In this document: positions 48,769 through 57,920 of the stretch, in pieces
Position numbering within the stretch: position 1 is the first letter of the stretch
Layout of the letters: every line of letters starts with the position of its first letter
From: Occultella glacieicola
GTDB lineage: Bacteria; Actinomycetota; Actinomycetes; Actinomycetales; Beutenbergiaceae
DNA: 64,000 nucleotides
NCBI RefSeq assembly: GCF_004353825.1
Contig: NZ_SMNA01000006.1
Location: 248,001-312,000 of the forward strand
Direction: 5' to 3'
The notes under the pieces: generated by a model
Seen by the model: only the letters and a program-made list of their open reading frames with translations
Databases searched by the model: none
What the model was told of the DNA's origin: nothing
Program-made: the position numbers and the translations under genes

Positions 48769-51099
48769 TCAGCCGCGCGGCTCCCGGCCCACCGGCTGGC
48801 TGGGCTCCGCACGCAGCGGACCGGGGGCACGCAGGGGCACGAGCACGGCCTCGGCGCCCACCTCGACCCGTGAGCCGTCCACGACGACGACGATCGGGTC
48901 CCGACCCTCCAGCACGGTCAGGGTCGTGCCCGCCGCCGTCGTCTCCACGCGCAGGAGCGCGCCACGCCAGGTGAGGTGAAATCGAGTGCGGCTGAGCGCG
49001 GCCGGGAGCACCGGGGAGAGCTCGAGCTCGTCGTGCTCCTCGCGCAACCCACCCAGCCCGGCGGCGAGCCCGAGCCAGGAGCCGGCCAGCGACGCCATGT
49101 GCAGACCCTGCGCGGTGTCCTGTTGGATGTCGCAGAGGTCCACGAGGGCCGCCTCGCGCAGGTAGCGCAGTGCGAGCTCGGGATGCTGCGCCCGCGCGGT
49201 GACGACCGCCTGTGCAGCGGCGGACAGGGATGAGTCCCGCACGGTGCGGGCCTCGTAGTACTCGAGGTCCGCGGCCAGCTCCTCGTCCGTGAAGTCGTCA
49301 CGGCACCACCACAGGGCCAGGACCAGGTCGGCCTGCTTGACCACCTGGCGTCGGTAGAACTTCGCGTAGTGCTGGTGCTCCTCCACGGGATAGGACTCGC
49401 GCTTGTCCGCGAAGCGCCACTCCCGGTAGGTCGTGAAGTTCTCGTTCGCCGGGTGCACGCCCAGGTGCTGGTCCCACGGCACGTGCACCGCCCCCGCGGC
49501 CCTGCGCCACCCATCGATCTCGCGGGTCGTCACCTCCAGCGCGCGGGCGCGCTCGGGCGCCGACTCACAGGCGTCGGCGGCGCGCAGAAGGTTGTCTCTG
49601 GCCATCAGGTTGGTGAACACGTTGTCATCGACCACGCCGGTGTACTCGTCCGGACCGGTCACTCCGAACAGGTGCCAGCCGCCGTCGGCATCCTCATGCC
49701 CGAGGGAGGACCACAGCCGAGCGGTCTCGATGAGCACCTCGACGCCACCGATCTCCCCCAGGTCACGCCCGGTGGCGTTGGCGTACAGCCAGAAGGCCCG
49801 GGAGATCGCGGCGTTGACATGGACCGCAGCGGTGCTCGCCGGCCAGTACGCGGAGGTCTCCTGACCGTCGATCGTGCGCCACGCGAATGTGGCGCCGGCC
49901 CACTCCAGAACCTCGGCGCGCCGGCGGGCGGCGTCGAGCGTCGAGGCGCGCCAACGCAGCAGGCGCTCGGCCGCGTCCGGGACCACCAGCGCCAACACGG
50001 GCAGCACGAAGCCCTCGATGTCCCAGAAGGTGTGGCCGTTGTATCCGGCCCCGGTCAGGCCCTTCGCACCGATCGGCGCGTCATCGATGTGGGCCGAGGC
50101 GCAGTGGAGCTGGAAGAGGTTGTAGCGCACCGCCTGCTGGAGCTGGTCGTCGCCGTCGATCTCGACGTCCGCGCGCGCCCAGAACTCGGCGAGCCGGTCA
50201 CGCTGATCGGCGACCAGGCCCGTCCAGCCCCGGTCCCGTCCCGAGCGGACCGCCGCCGCCGCCCGTTCGAGCATCGACACCACCGCGGAGCCACGGGACC
50301 AGACGTAGCCGAGCGTCTTGGTGAGGGTCAGCCGATCACCCGCGGTCAGCGCCGCCACGGCCGTGGTGACCACGTGGTCCTCGCCGGCCTCGGACTCCAC
50401 CCGCGCCGCGCCCTCGATGTCGTGCTCGACGGCAGCTGCGACGATCATCCCCGTTCGCCTCGTCCTCAGCACGAGCGCGCCCCCGGCGTCGCCGGCGTGC
50501 CGGTCGACCACCGAGAACGGGCTGTCCAGTGCCTCCGACACGCGCGGGTCGTCGCTCTCCACCTCGGGCGGGCAGATGCCGATCGCGAGTTCGGAACGGA
50601 CGACGACGTGTGCCGGACCGTCCAACGCCCGGAGCTCGTACCGGATCGCGCAGACCGAGGCTTCGGTGAGCGAGACGAGACGGCTGGACCGCAGTTCCAG
50701 CGTGGTGCCCGACGGGGAGCGCCACCGCATCCGGCGGTCGAGAGTGCCGGACCGCAGGTCGAGCCCGCGTTCGTGCACCTCCGGCGAGATCTCCCGGATG
50801 TCGACGGGGATGCCATCGATCACCAGGCGTACCGGAGTGCCGTCAGCCACCGCGACGATCGACTGGCCCTCCTCCGGGTGACCGTAGCCACCCTCCGGGT
50901 AGGCCAGCGGATGCGTCTCGAACACCCCCGAGAGGAACGTGCCCCGCTCGACGGAGGGGTCGACCTCGTCGAGCGACCCGCGAACACCGAGGTAGCCGTT
51001 GGACACGCTGAAGATGGCCTCCGCGGCGCCGAGGGAGTCGGTCTCGACGCGCGGTTCACGCACCACCCATGGGTCGATCTGCAGACGTGGTGCGTTCAT
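48769..51099 (-). CDS. GH65 glycoside phosphorylase/hydrolase (trehalose/maltose/kojibiose phosphorylase family)
   Basis: SNGYLGVRG, AKGLTGAGYNGHTFWD, GPDEY, KQADLVL, DSSLS; AAGGAG before ATG 51099. Confidence 0.93.
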   Translation of the reverse strand: MNAPRLQIDPWVVREPRVETDSLGAAEAIFSVSNGYLGVRGSLDEVDPSVERGTFLSGVFETHPLAYPEGGYGHPEEGQSIVAVADGTPVRLVIDGIPVDIREISPEVHERGLDLRSGTLDRRMRWRSPSGTTLELRSSRLVSLTEASVCAIRYELRALDGPAHVVVRSELAIGICPPEVESDDPRVSEALDSPFSVVDRHAGDAGGALVLRTRRTGMIVAAAVEHDIEGAARVESEAGEDHVVTTAVAALTAGDRLTLTKTLGYVWSRGSAVVSMLERAAAAVRSGRDRGWTGLVADQRDRLAEFWARADVEIDGDDQLQQAVRYNLFQLHCASAHIDDAPIGAKGLTGAGYNGHTFWDIEGFVLPVLALVVPDAAERLLRWRASTLDAARRRAEVLEWAGATFAWRTIDGQETSAYWPASTAAVHVNAAISRAFWLYANATGRDLGEIGGVEVLIETARLWSSLGHEDADGGWHLFGVTGPDEYTGVVDDNVFTNLMARDNLLRAADACESAPERARALEVTTREIDGWRRAAGAVHVPWDQHLGVHPANENFTTYREWRFADKRESYPVEEHQHYAKFYRRQVVKQADLVLALWWCRDDFTDEELAADLEYYEARTVRDSSLSAAAQAVVTARAQHPELALRYLREAALVDLCDIQQDTAQGLHMASLAGSWLGLAAGLGGLREEHDELELSPVLPAALSRTRFHLTWRGALLRVETTAAGTTLTVLEGRDPIVVVVDGSRVEVGAEAVLVPLRAPGPLRAEPSQPVGREPRG

Positions 51100-51173
51100 C
51101 GGGCTCCTTGTGGTCATGGACGGTGCGGTTCAGTCTGCTCAGGGATCGGTCCCGTGGCATCCGGACGCACCGC

Positions 51174-51199
51174 GGCGTGGACCCCGGTGGGTTCACGCC
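51174..51199 (-). terminator. Hairpin downstream of the P-loop kinase gene
   Basis: GGCGTGGACCC-N4-GGGTTCACGCC. Confidence 0.45.
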
Positions 51200-51211
51200 C
51201 CCGTCACGCGG

Positions 51212-51778
51212 TCACGGGCTCGACCCGACAGCGCCGAGAACGTACGCGCACACCGAGCGGAAGTTGCTGTCTGGGGATCCCACGGCGTCCAGGGTGAGCC
51301 GCTCACCGGTCAGCGTGGGGAACTCCCCCCGCATCCGCTCCACGTGGGACCAGTCGATCTCGTGCCAGCCAGGGATGCCGCGGACGCGTCCCTCCACCCG
51401 TGACCGGTGCAGGTCCACGTCGCTGCAGACGCACTCGACGACTTTGAGCGCGGCGCCGTGCGCGATCGCGGTGGAGCGCCAGTGGTCGGCGACGTCGTCG
51501 GTGACCAGGCAGTCGAGAACGGCGCTCTGCCCGAGCAGCAGCTGGCGGGTCAACAGGCCGCCGAGCACGCTGTGGTACAGCCGCGAGTACGCCTCGCGAC
51601 CGAGCTGCGCCAACTGGGCCGCGGCCGGCTTGAGCGACCCCATGAGCCAGTCGCCGGAGAACGCCGGCGCACCGAGGTGCATCGCGGTCCGGTCGGCCAT
51701 CGTCGACTTGCCCGTTCCCGGCAGGCCGGTGAAGACGACCACGACCGGCTGCGCCGGCGGGCCGGGCTCTGGTTCCAT
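51212..51778 (-). CDS. P-loop kinase-like protein (AAA_33-type)
   Basis: Walker A GLPGTGKST; TACGGT -10 box 6 nt before the ATG. Confidence 0.85.
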   Translation of the reverse strand: MEPEPGPPAQPVVVVFTGLPGTGKSTMADRTAMHLGAPAFSGDWLMGSLKPAAAQLAQLGREAYSRLYHSVLGGLLTRQLLLGQSAVLDCLVTDDVADHWRSTAIAHGAALKVVECVCSDVDLHRSRVEGRVRGIPGWHEIDWSHVERMRGEFPTLTGERLTLDAVGSPDSNFRSVCAYVLGAVGSSP

Positions 51779-51851
51779 GATCCGACCGTAGTCGGAGGAG
51801 TTCACCGAGGCCCGTCCCCGCACTCGGGCACGGCGACGTTCCCCGCAGCGG

Positions 51852-52949
51852 CTACCGCCGCAGTTCGGCGATCTCGGACTCGAACCTGGCCCGCACCCGC
51901 GCCTTCTCGTCCTCGGGCAGCCAGCACGCGTCGACACCCGCCAGTGCCATCGCGGTCAGCTCCTCCCGCGACACCCCCACCTGGTCGGCGAGGATCCGGT
52001 ACTCGCGCCCGAGGGTGGTCGGGAACAGGCCCGGATCGTCCGAGGCGGGCACCAGGTTCAGCCCGGCGTCGAGCATGGCGCGGATCGAGGCCCGCCGCCA
52101 CGGCCGCCAGGACCGGCGCGAGGTGGTCGAGGCCACCGTGAACGCGATGCCCTCGTCCCGCATCCGGGCCACCACCGCGTCGTCCTCGAGCACGAAGTAC
52201 CCGTGGTCGAGCCGGTCGCACCCGAGCACGTCCAGGCAGGTGATGGCGTTCTGCGCGGCCGGCACGTGCTCGGAGGTGTGGGCGGTGCGCTTCAGCCCGG
52301 CCTGCCCGGCCAGCGCGTAGGCCTCGGCGAACCGCTCCGGCGGCCCGGCGGTCTCCAGGTTGTCCAGGCCGATGCCGGCCACGTACGGGTGCGGGTTCGC
52401 CACGACGGTGCGGATCCACTCCAGGGCCTGCTCCCCCGTGCCGGACCGGTCGATCGCCGCGAGCATCCGCCCGGTCATCCCGAAGTCCCGCTCGGCCATC
52501 CGGATGCCCTCGGCGTACGCCTCGACGGTCCCGGTGTAGCCCAGCGACGCCAGGTGCCCCGGCACCATGTCGAACGAGAACTCCAGGTGCCGGGTGTTGC
52601 TGAGCCGGTGCGCGTCCTCGAACGCCTCGTACACGATCCTGGTCAGGTCGTCGCCGTCGCGGAGCACCTCCCGGATCCAGTTCGACACCTGGAACAACGA
52701 GTAGGACACCTCCGGCTCGTCGTCGCTGCGTCCCTGCGGCATCGGGATCCGGGTGTGCCGGTACAGCTCCGGGTCCGGCGGACGGGAGTTGATGCCGGCG
52801 AACACCTCCTGCGCAGGGGCCGGCAGGTCGAGACGCTCCCGGCGGGCCAGCTCCGCGAACGTGGCGGGCCGGACGGTGCCGAGCAGGTGACAGTGCAGGT
52901 CGACCTTGGGCAGGGCGTCGAGATAGTCGTGCAGCGCGACGTCAGCCAC
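51852..52949 (-). CDS. Adenosine/adenine deaminase-family metalloenzyme (atypical)
   Basis: LPKVDLHCHL, TAHTSE, DRLDHG, SDDP; start overlaps the SBP stop. Confidence 0.88.
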   Translation of the reverse strand: MADVALHDYLDALPKVDLHCHLLGTVRPATFAELARRERLDLPAPAQEVFAGINSRPPDPELYRHTRIPMPQGRSDDEPEVSYSLFQVSNWIREVLRDGDDLTRIVYEAFEDAHRLSNTRHLEFSFDMVPGHLASLGYTGTVEAYAEGIRMAERDFGMTGRMLAAIDRSGTGEQALEWIRTVVANPHPYVAGIGLDNLETAGPPERFAEAYALAGQAGLKRTAHTSEHVPAAQNAITCLDVLGCDRLDHGYFVLEDDAVVARMRDEGIAFTVASTTSRRSWRPWRRASIRAMLDAGLNLVPASDDPGLFPTTLGREYRILADQVGVSREELTAMALAGVDACWLPEDEKARVRARFESEIAELRR

Positions 52950-54021
52950 CGACGACCTCGCGCGCGAACCGCTCGACCCACTCGTTGCGGTTCGGGACGA
53001 TCTCGTTCGGGTCCAGGGTCTCGTAACCGGCCGCCGTCGGGTCCAGCGCGACGTCGCCGACCACGGCGGTGAGCTCGGCGGGGATCTCCACGGACAGGTT
53101 GACCGGCAGGTCACCGACCAGCGCCGCCGAGGCGGCCTGCGCCTCGGCGGAGAGCAGGTAGTCGATGAACTGGTGCGCACCGTCCAGGTTGGGTGCCCCG
53201 GTGGGGATCATCGCCCGGTTGGTGGCCATGTACCGACCCTGCGCCGGCGGCGTCCAACCGACCGGCTCGCCGGCCGCGATCAGGTCGGTGGCGAACCCGT
53301 TCAGGGCACCGCCGGCCACGATCTCGCCCTGGGTGAGCAGGTTCGTCATCTCGGTGGTGGAGCTGTAGAACTGCAGGACGTTCGGGGCCCAGCCGGCCAT
53401 GGTGGCGAACGCCGTGTCCACGTCGAACGGTCCGTCACCGTAGGTCGACGCCACCCCGGACACCGTGAGCTGGCCGGCGGTGACCGCGATGTCCGGCAGT
53501 GCGAGCCGGCCGGCGTAGTCGTCGTTGGCGTACAGCTCCCAGTCCGCGGCCTCGGTGGCGTCGAGCTCGTCGGTGTTGTACATGGTCCCGTTCAGCTGGT
53601 AGCTGTAGGCCGGGCCGGTGTAGGCGTCCTCGACGGCGAACGGGGCGATCGCCTCCAGGTTCGGCACCGCCCCGGGGTCGACCTCCTGGAACAGGCCCTC
53701 GGAGTCGGCGATCGCGGCGTAGGTGTCCGAGATCAGCATGACGTCCACGCCGCCCTCGCCCTGCTCCAGCTGGAGCTGGGAGAGCCGGTCCGCGTTGGAG
53801 CCGGTGTCGATCTCCACCTCGATGCCGGTGGCCTCGGTGAACGGGTCCAACACCGCCTCGGTGAACTCCTCGACGCCGAACGGGAAGGTGCTCACCACGA
53901 TCGTGTCGGCATCGCCGTCATCGGAGCCGCCGGAGCAGCCGGCCAGCACCAGCGCGGCCGCGGTCAGGCCGGTGGTGGCGAGCAGGGTACGGCGCCGCAG
54001 CAGCGGGTACGTCGGGGACAT
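52942..54021 (-). CDS. PotD/thiamine-type ABC substrate-binding lipoprotein
   Basis: RRRTLL...LAGC signal; PNLDGAHQFIDYLLSAEAQ. Confidence 0.9.
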   Translation of the reverse strand: MSPTYPLLRRRTLLATTGLTAAALVLAGCSGGSDDGDADTIVVSTFPFGVEEFTEAVLDPFTEATGIEVEIDTGSNADRLSQLQLEQGEGGVDVMLISDTYAAIADSEGLFQEVDPGAVPNLEAIAPFAVEDAYTGPAYSYQLNGTMYNTDELDATEAADWELYANDDYAGRLALPDIAVTAGQLTVSGVASTYGDGPFDVDTAFATMAGWAPNVLQFYSSTTEMTNLLTQGEIVAGGALNGFATDLIAAGEPVGWTPPAQGRYMATNRAMIPTGAPNLDGAHQFIDYLLSAEAQAASAALVGDLPVNLSVEIPAELTAVVGDVALDPTAAGYETLDPNEIVPNRNEWVERFAREVVGG

Positions 54022-54062
54022 GGGTTGCCTCTCGTGGTGGGGGGATGGACGACGGCGGAACG

Positions 54063-55073
54063 TCAGTCGGCGGCCAGGGGAACCAGGTGGGTGGCCGGCA
54101 CGTGCACCCAGACGTCCGCGCCCGGGGTCAGGTCCGGGGCGGACTCGGCGCGCAGGTCGGCGAGCAGTTCGACCCGTGCACCCGAGACGTCGGCCGAGGC
54201 GACGGTGACGAGCACGTCCACGCCCCGGTATGCCACGTCCAGGACGACGCCCGGGAGCACCGCGCCGGTCTCGGCGGCCGGCGTCCGCTCCGACACGCTC
54301 AGGGCGAGGTGCTCGGGCCGGATCGTCGTGGTCGCCCCGCCGGCGTCGGTGAGGAAGTTCTCGTAGCCGAGGAACTCGGCGACGAAACGGTTGGCGGGAG
54401 CCGGGAACACGGCCTGCGGGGTGCCCTGCTGCTGGATCCGGCCGTCCTTCATCAGGACCATCTCGTCGCTCATCTCGAGCGCCTCGTCCTGGTCGTGCGT
54501 CACCAGGACCACCGCGAGGCCGGTCTCGGCCTGGATCCGGCGGATCTCGGCACGCATCTGGATGCGCAGCCGGGCGTCGAGGTTGGACAGCGGCTCGTCC
54601 AGGAGCAGCAGCTTAGGCCGGATCGCGATCGCCCGGGCCAGCGCCACCCGCTGCTGCTGACCGCCGGAGAGCTTCTTCGGCTTGCTTGCGGACAGGTGCG
54701 CCAGGCCGACCAGCTCGAGTGACTCGGTGACCCGTCGGGCCCGGTCGGCGGCCGGCACCCGCCGCATCTTCAGGCCGAAGCCGACGTTGTCCGCGACGCT
54801 CATGTGCGGGAACAGCGCGTAGGACTGGAACACCATCCCGAGGTTCCGTCGCTCCGGCGGGGTCCGGGTGGAGTCGACGCCGGCGATGCTGATCGTGCCG
54901 CGGGTGGGCGCCAGGTACCCGGCCAGCATCCGCAGGCTCGTGGTCTTGCCGCAGCCGCTCGGTCCGAGCAGCGTGGTCAGTTTGCCGTCGGGGATGTCCA
55001 GATCGATGTTGTCGACGGCGGTGAAGTCGCCGAACACCTGGCTCACCCCGTGGAACCGTGCTGCATGGGTCAT
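54063..55073 (-). CDS. ABC ATPase (PotA-like)
   Basis: GPSGCGKTT, LSGGQQQRVALARA, LDEPLSNLD. Confidence 0.95.
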   Translation of the reverse strand: MTHAARFHGVSQVFGDFTAVDNIDLDIPDGKLTTLLGPSGCGKTTSLRMLAGYLAPTRGTISIAGVDSTRTPPERRNLGMVFQSYALFPHMSVADNVGFGLKMRRVPAADRARRVTESLELVGLAHLSASKPKKLSGGQQQRVALARAIAIRPKLLLLDEPLSNLDARLRIQMRAEIRRIQAETGLAVVLVTHDQDEALEMSDEMVLMKDGRIQQQGTPQAVFPAPANRFVAEFLGYENFLTDAGGATTTIRPEHLALSVSERTPAAETGAVLPGVVLDVAYRGVDVLVTVASADVSGARVELLADLRAESAPDLTPGADVWVHVPATHLVPLAAD

Positions 55074-55867
55074 CGGTTGATGCCTCCAAAGACTCTGGCG
55101 AAGCCGACGGTGCGCTCGGCGATCACGGCCACCAGGACGGTTCCGGCCAGGATCAGCACCGAGATCGCGGCGACGATCGGGTCGTAGTTCTGCTGCACGT
55201 AGTCGAGCATCACCACGGGCAGGGTGCGGAAGTCGCGGCTCTGCAGGAGCAGGGACAGCGGTACGTTGTTGAACGAGGTGATGAAGCTGAGCAGCGCCGC
55301 CGAGAACAGGCCGGGGCGCAGCAGCGGCAGGGTGACCGACAGGAACGTCCGGCCGGGCGAGGCGCCCAGGCCGCGGGCGGCGTCCTCCACCGCGGGATCG
55401 ATCAGTGCCAGCGAGGCCCCGGTCACCCTCACCGCGTACGGGAACATCAGCACGGTGTGCCCGAGCAACAGCGTCTGGAAGTTGTCCAGCCCGAAGCCGA
55501 CCATCAGCTGTTGGTAGAGGGCCAGGCCGACCACGAGCTCGGGGACGATGAGGGGCGACAGGAACAGTCCCTCGACCACCGACCTCCCGGGCAGGGCGCC
55601 GCGGTGCACCGCGAGTGCCACCGGCACCCCGAGCGCGAGGGCGAGCACGGCGGAGATCGCGGCCAGCATCAGGCTGGAGAGCAGCGAGCTGGTGAAGGGC
55701 TCATAGGTGAGCGCCGCCTCGAACCACCGCAGCGAGAAGCCGTCGGGAGGGAACCGCAGCGTCGACCCGGCCGTGAAGGCGGTCACCACGACGAACAGGA
55801 TCGGCACGAGCATCACGACGTAGCCGCCCACGGCCAGGCTCGCGGCGATCGGGTGGCGGGTCCTCAT
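55070..55867 (-). CDS. ABC permease (PotC-like)
   Basis: FPPDGFSLRWF, VEDAARGLGA. Confidence 0.92.
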   Translation of the reverse strand: MRTRHPIAASLAVGGYVVMLVPILFVVVTAFTAGSTLRFPPDGFSLRWFEAALTYEPFTSSLLSSLMLAAISAVLALALGVPVALAVHRGALPGRSVVEGLFLSPLIVPELVVGLALYQQLMVGFGLDNFQTLLLGHTVLMFPYAVRVTGASLALIDPAVEDAARGLGASPGRTFLSVTLPLLRPGLFSAALLSFITSFNNVPLSLLLQSRDFRTLPVVMLDYVQQNYDPIVAAISVLILAGTVLVAVIAERTVGFARVFGGINR

Positions 55868-56682
55868 GAGGTCGCTCCTCGACGGGCGGCGAGACTGGAC
55901 AGGCCGGAGACGGCGAACACCAGGACGGTCATGATCAGCGCGGTCGCGCTCGCCGCGGCCCAGTCGATCGTGGTGGACGAGTACGTGTACAGCTGGGTCG
56001 AGAGCATCCGCTGCCGGGAGCCACCGAGCAGGTACGGCGTCGTGTAGGCAGTCACGGCCCCGGCGAACACCAGGGTCGCGGCCACCACCACACCCGGCCC
56101 CGACAACGGCACCACGACCGACCAGAACGTGCGGGTCCGGTTGGCGCCGAGTCCCCGGGCCGCCTCGTCGAGCCCGGCGTCCACCTGGGCGAGCGCGGAG
56201 TAGGAGGCCACCACGGCCAGCGGCAGGAAGATCTGGGTCAGACCGAGCACGATGGCCAGCGGTGTGTAGAGCAGCTGCGGGGCGGAATCGACCAGCCCGA
56301 GGGTCAGCAGCAGCTGTGGGATCGCACCCTGGGAGCCCAGCACCACGAGCCACCCGAAGGTGCGCACCACCGAGGACAGCAGCAGCGGGAAGATCGCCAG
56401 CGCGAGCAGGACGCCGGCCCAGCGGGACGTGGACCGGGACAGCAGGTAGGCGATCGGGTATCCGAGCCCGATGCAGACGACGGTGACGATCAGGCCGAGA
56501 CCGAGCGTGCGGACCACGATGGCCTGGTCGTAGGGGTCGGTCAGCATCCTGCCGAGCCGCGCGAACACCTCGCCGGGGCTGATCCCGGGCGGCGAGAACA
56601 GCATCGCTATCGACGGGATCAGGAAGGCGACCAGGAGGATGGCCAGCCCGGGCAGGACGAGGAGTGCAGTCCGGCCGCGCAT
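55864..56682 (-). CDS. ABC permease (PotB-like)
   Basis: GYPIAY, VVRTFGW, LDEAARGLGA. Confidence 0.92.
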   Translation of the reverse strand: MRGRTALLVLPGLAILLVAFLIPSIAMLFSPPGISPGEVFARLGRMLTDPYDQAIVVRTLGLGLIVTVVCIGLGYPIAYLLSRSTSRWAGVLLALAIFPLLLSSVVRTFGWLVVLGSQGAIPQLLLTLGLVDSAPQLLYTPLAIVLGLTQIFLPLAVVASYSALAQVDAGLDEAARGLGANRTRTFWSVVVPLSGPGVVVAATLVFAGAVTAYTTPYLLGGSRQRMLSTQLYTYSSTTIDWAAASATALIMTVLVFAVSGLSSLAARRGATS

Positions 56683-56711
56683 GGGTGCACCTTCCCGTGG
56701 TCAGAGTCGTC

Positions 56712-56747
56712 ACAACCGGTTCCACAACCGGTTACATTGGGAGTGTA
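56712..56747 (-). promoter_or_regulatory. Tandem LacI-type operators just downstream of a -10 box
   Basis: ACAACCGGTTCC-ACAACCGGTTAC (56712-56735); TACACT on the minus strand at 56747-56742. Confidence 0.7.
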
Positions 56748-56813
56748 AACGGGACGACGCCCCCTCGGGCAACCTCGTCCGCGGAGTGAACCTGAGCGAA
56801 CGGGAGGCACGGC

Positions 56814-57791
56814 GTGGCCACGCTCTCCGACGTCGCCGCTGCGGCCCGGGTCTCCAAGGCCACGGCCTCACGGGCACTGAGCCGCCCGGAACTCGTCGCT
56901 CCGGACACGGTGGCACGGGTGCGGGCCGCGGCCGAGGAACTGGAGTTCGTGGCGAACCGGGCGGCACGGCACCTCGCGCGTGGTCGTACCGGCATCCTCG
57001 GGCTCCTGGTGCCCACGTTCTCCAACGCGTTCTTCGCGCCGATCATCGGCGGGGCGCAGGTCCGGGCCGAGGAGGAGGATCTGCAGCTGTCGGTCGCGGT
57101 GCACCCCCTGGAGGATCCGGCCGAGCTCACCCGGTTCGACCGGCTCGCGATCGGCGTGGACGGATTCCTCGTGGTGGCCCCGCGGGGGCCGGACCCGCTG
57201 CTCCTGGCGGCGGCCGCGCGCAAGCCGGTCGTGCTGGTCGACCGCGAGGTGGACGGTCTCGCCTCGGTCGTGGCCGACACCGCCGCCGCGTTCGCCGAAC
57301 TCCTGCGCGGGCTCGCCGAGGCCGGGCACCGACGGATCCTGTACATCGGCGGGCCCGACCGGTCCTGGCAGAACCTCCAACGCACCGGCTCCCTGCACAC
57401 GGCCGCGACCGCCGTCGGGGTCCACCTCGAGGTGCTCGGGCCGTGTCCGGCGACGTTCGACGCCGGGGCGGGCCTCGTCGACCGGGTCGCCGCCAGCGAC
57501 GCGGACGCCGTGCTCCCCTACGCCAGCGACCTCGGCCTCGGCCTGATGCTCGGCCTGATCGGCCGGGGCCTGGCCCGGGTGGACGGGGGTTCGCCGGCCG
57601 ATGCGACCGGTCGGCTGATCAGCGTGGTCGGGGTGCCCGGCACGCCCCGGGTGGACGTCGACGGCGAACGGCTCGGGGCGGCGGCGATCGATCAGCTGGT
57701 CGCAACGCTCGCGGGCGACGGCGAGCCGGTGCGGTCCCGGCTGCACGTGCCGATCTCATGGGCCGGGCGGACGGCTCCGACCGCCCGCTGA
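56814..57791 (+). CDS. LacI-family transcriptional regulator
   Basis: ATLSDVAAAARVSKATASRAL HTH; C-terminus divergent. Confidence 0.92.
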   Translation: MATLSDVAAAARVSKATASRALSRPELVAPDTVARVRAAAEELEFVANRAARHLARGRTGILGLLVPTFSNAFFAPIIGGAQVRAEEEDLQLSVAVHPLEDPAELTRFDRLAIGVDGFLVVAPRGPDPLLLAAAARKPVVLVDREVDGLASVVADTAAAFAELLRGLAEAGHRRILYIGGPDRSWQNLQRTGSLHTAATAVGVHLEVLGPCPATFDAGAGLVDRVAASDADAVLPYASDLGLGLMLGLIGRGLARVDGGSPADATGRLISVVGVPGTPRVDVDGERLGAAAIDQLVATLAGDGEPVRSRLHVPISWAGRTAPTAR

Positions 57792-57806
57792 CCCCGCCGG
57801 ACCAGG

Positions 57807-57834
57807 ACCCGCGCCCGACCCATGGGGCGCGGGT
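57807..57834 (+). terminator. Hairpin after lacI
   Basis: ACCCGCGCCC-N8-GGGCGCGGGT, perfect 10-bp stem. Confidence 0.55.
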
Positions 57835-57846
57835 GCTCGCGCGTGC

Positions 57847-57900
57847 TTGCACTTTGCCAGTGGATACGTTTAATGTGACTCCCAGACAACACTGATGTTG
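57847..57900 (+). promoter_or_regulatory. Promoter and candidate operator of the mannan operon
   Basis: TTGCAC-N18-TAATGT; CAACA-CTGA-TGTTG at 57887-57900; locally AT-rich. Confidence 0.5.
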
Positions 57901-57920
57901 AATATACTTAGAGGAGCATT

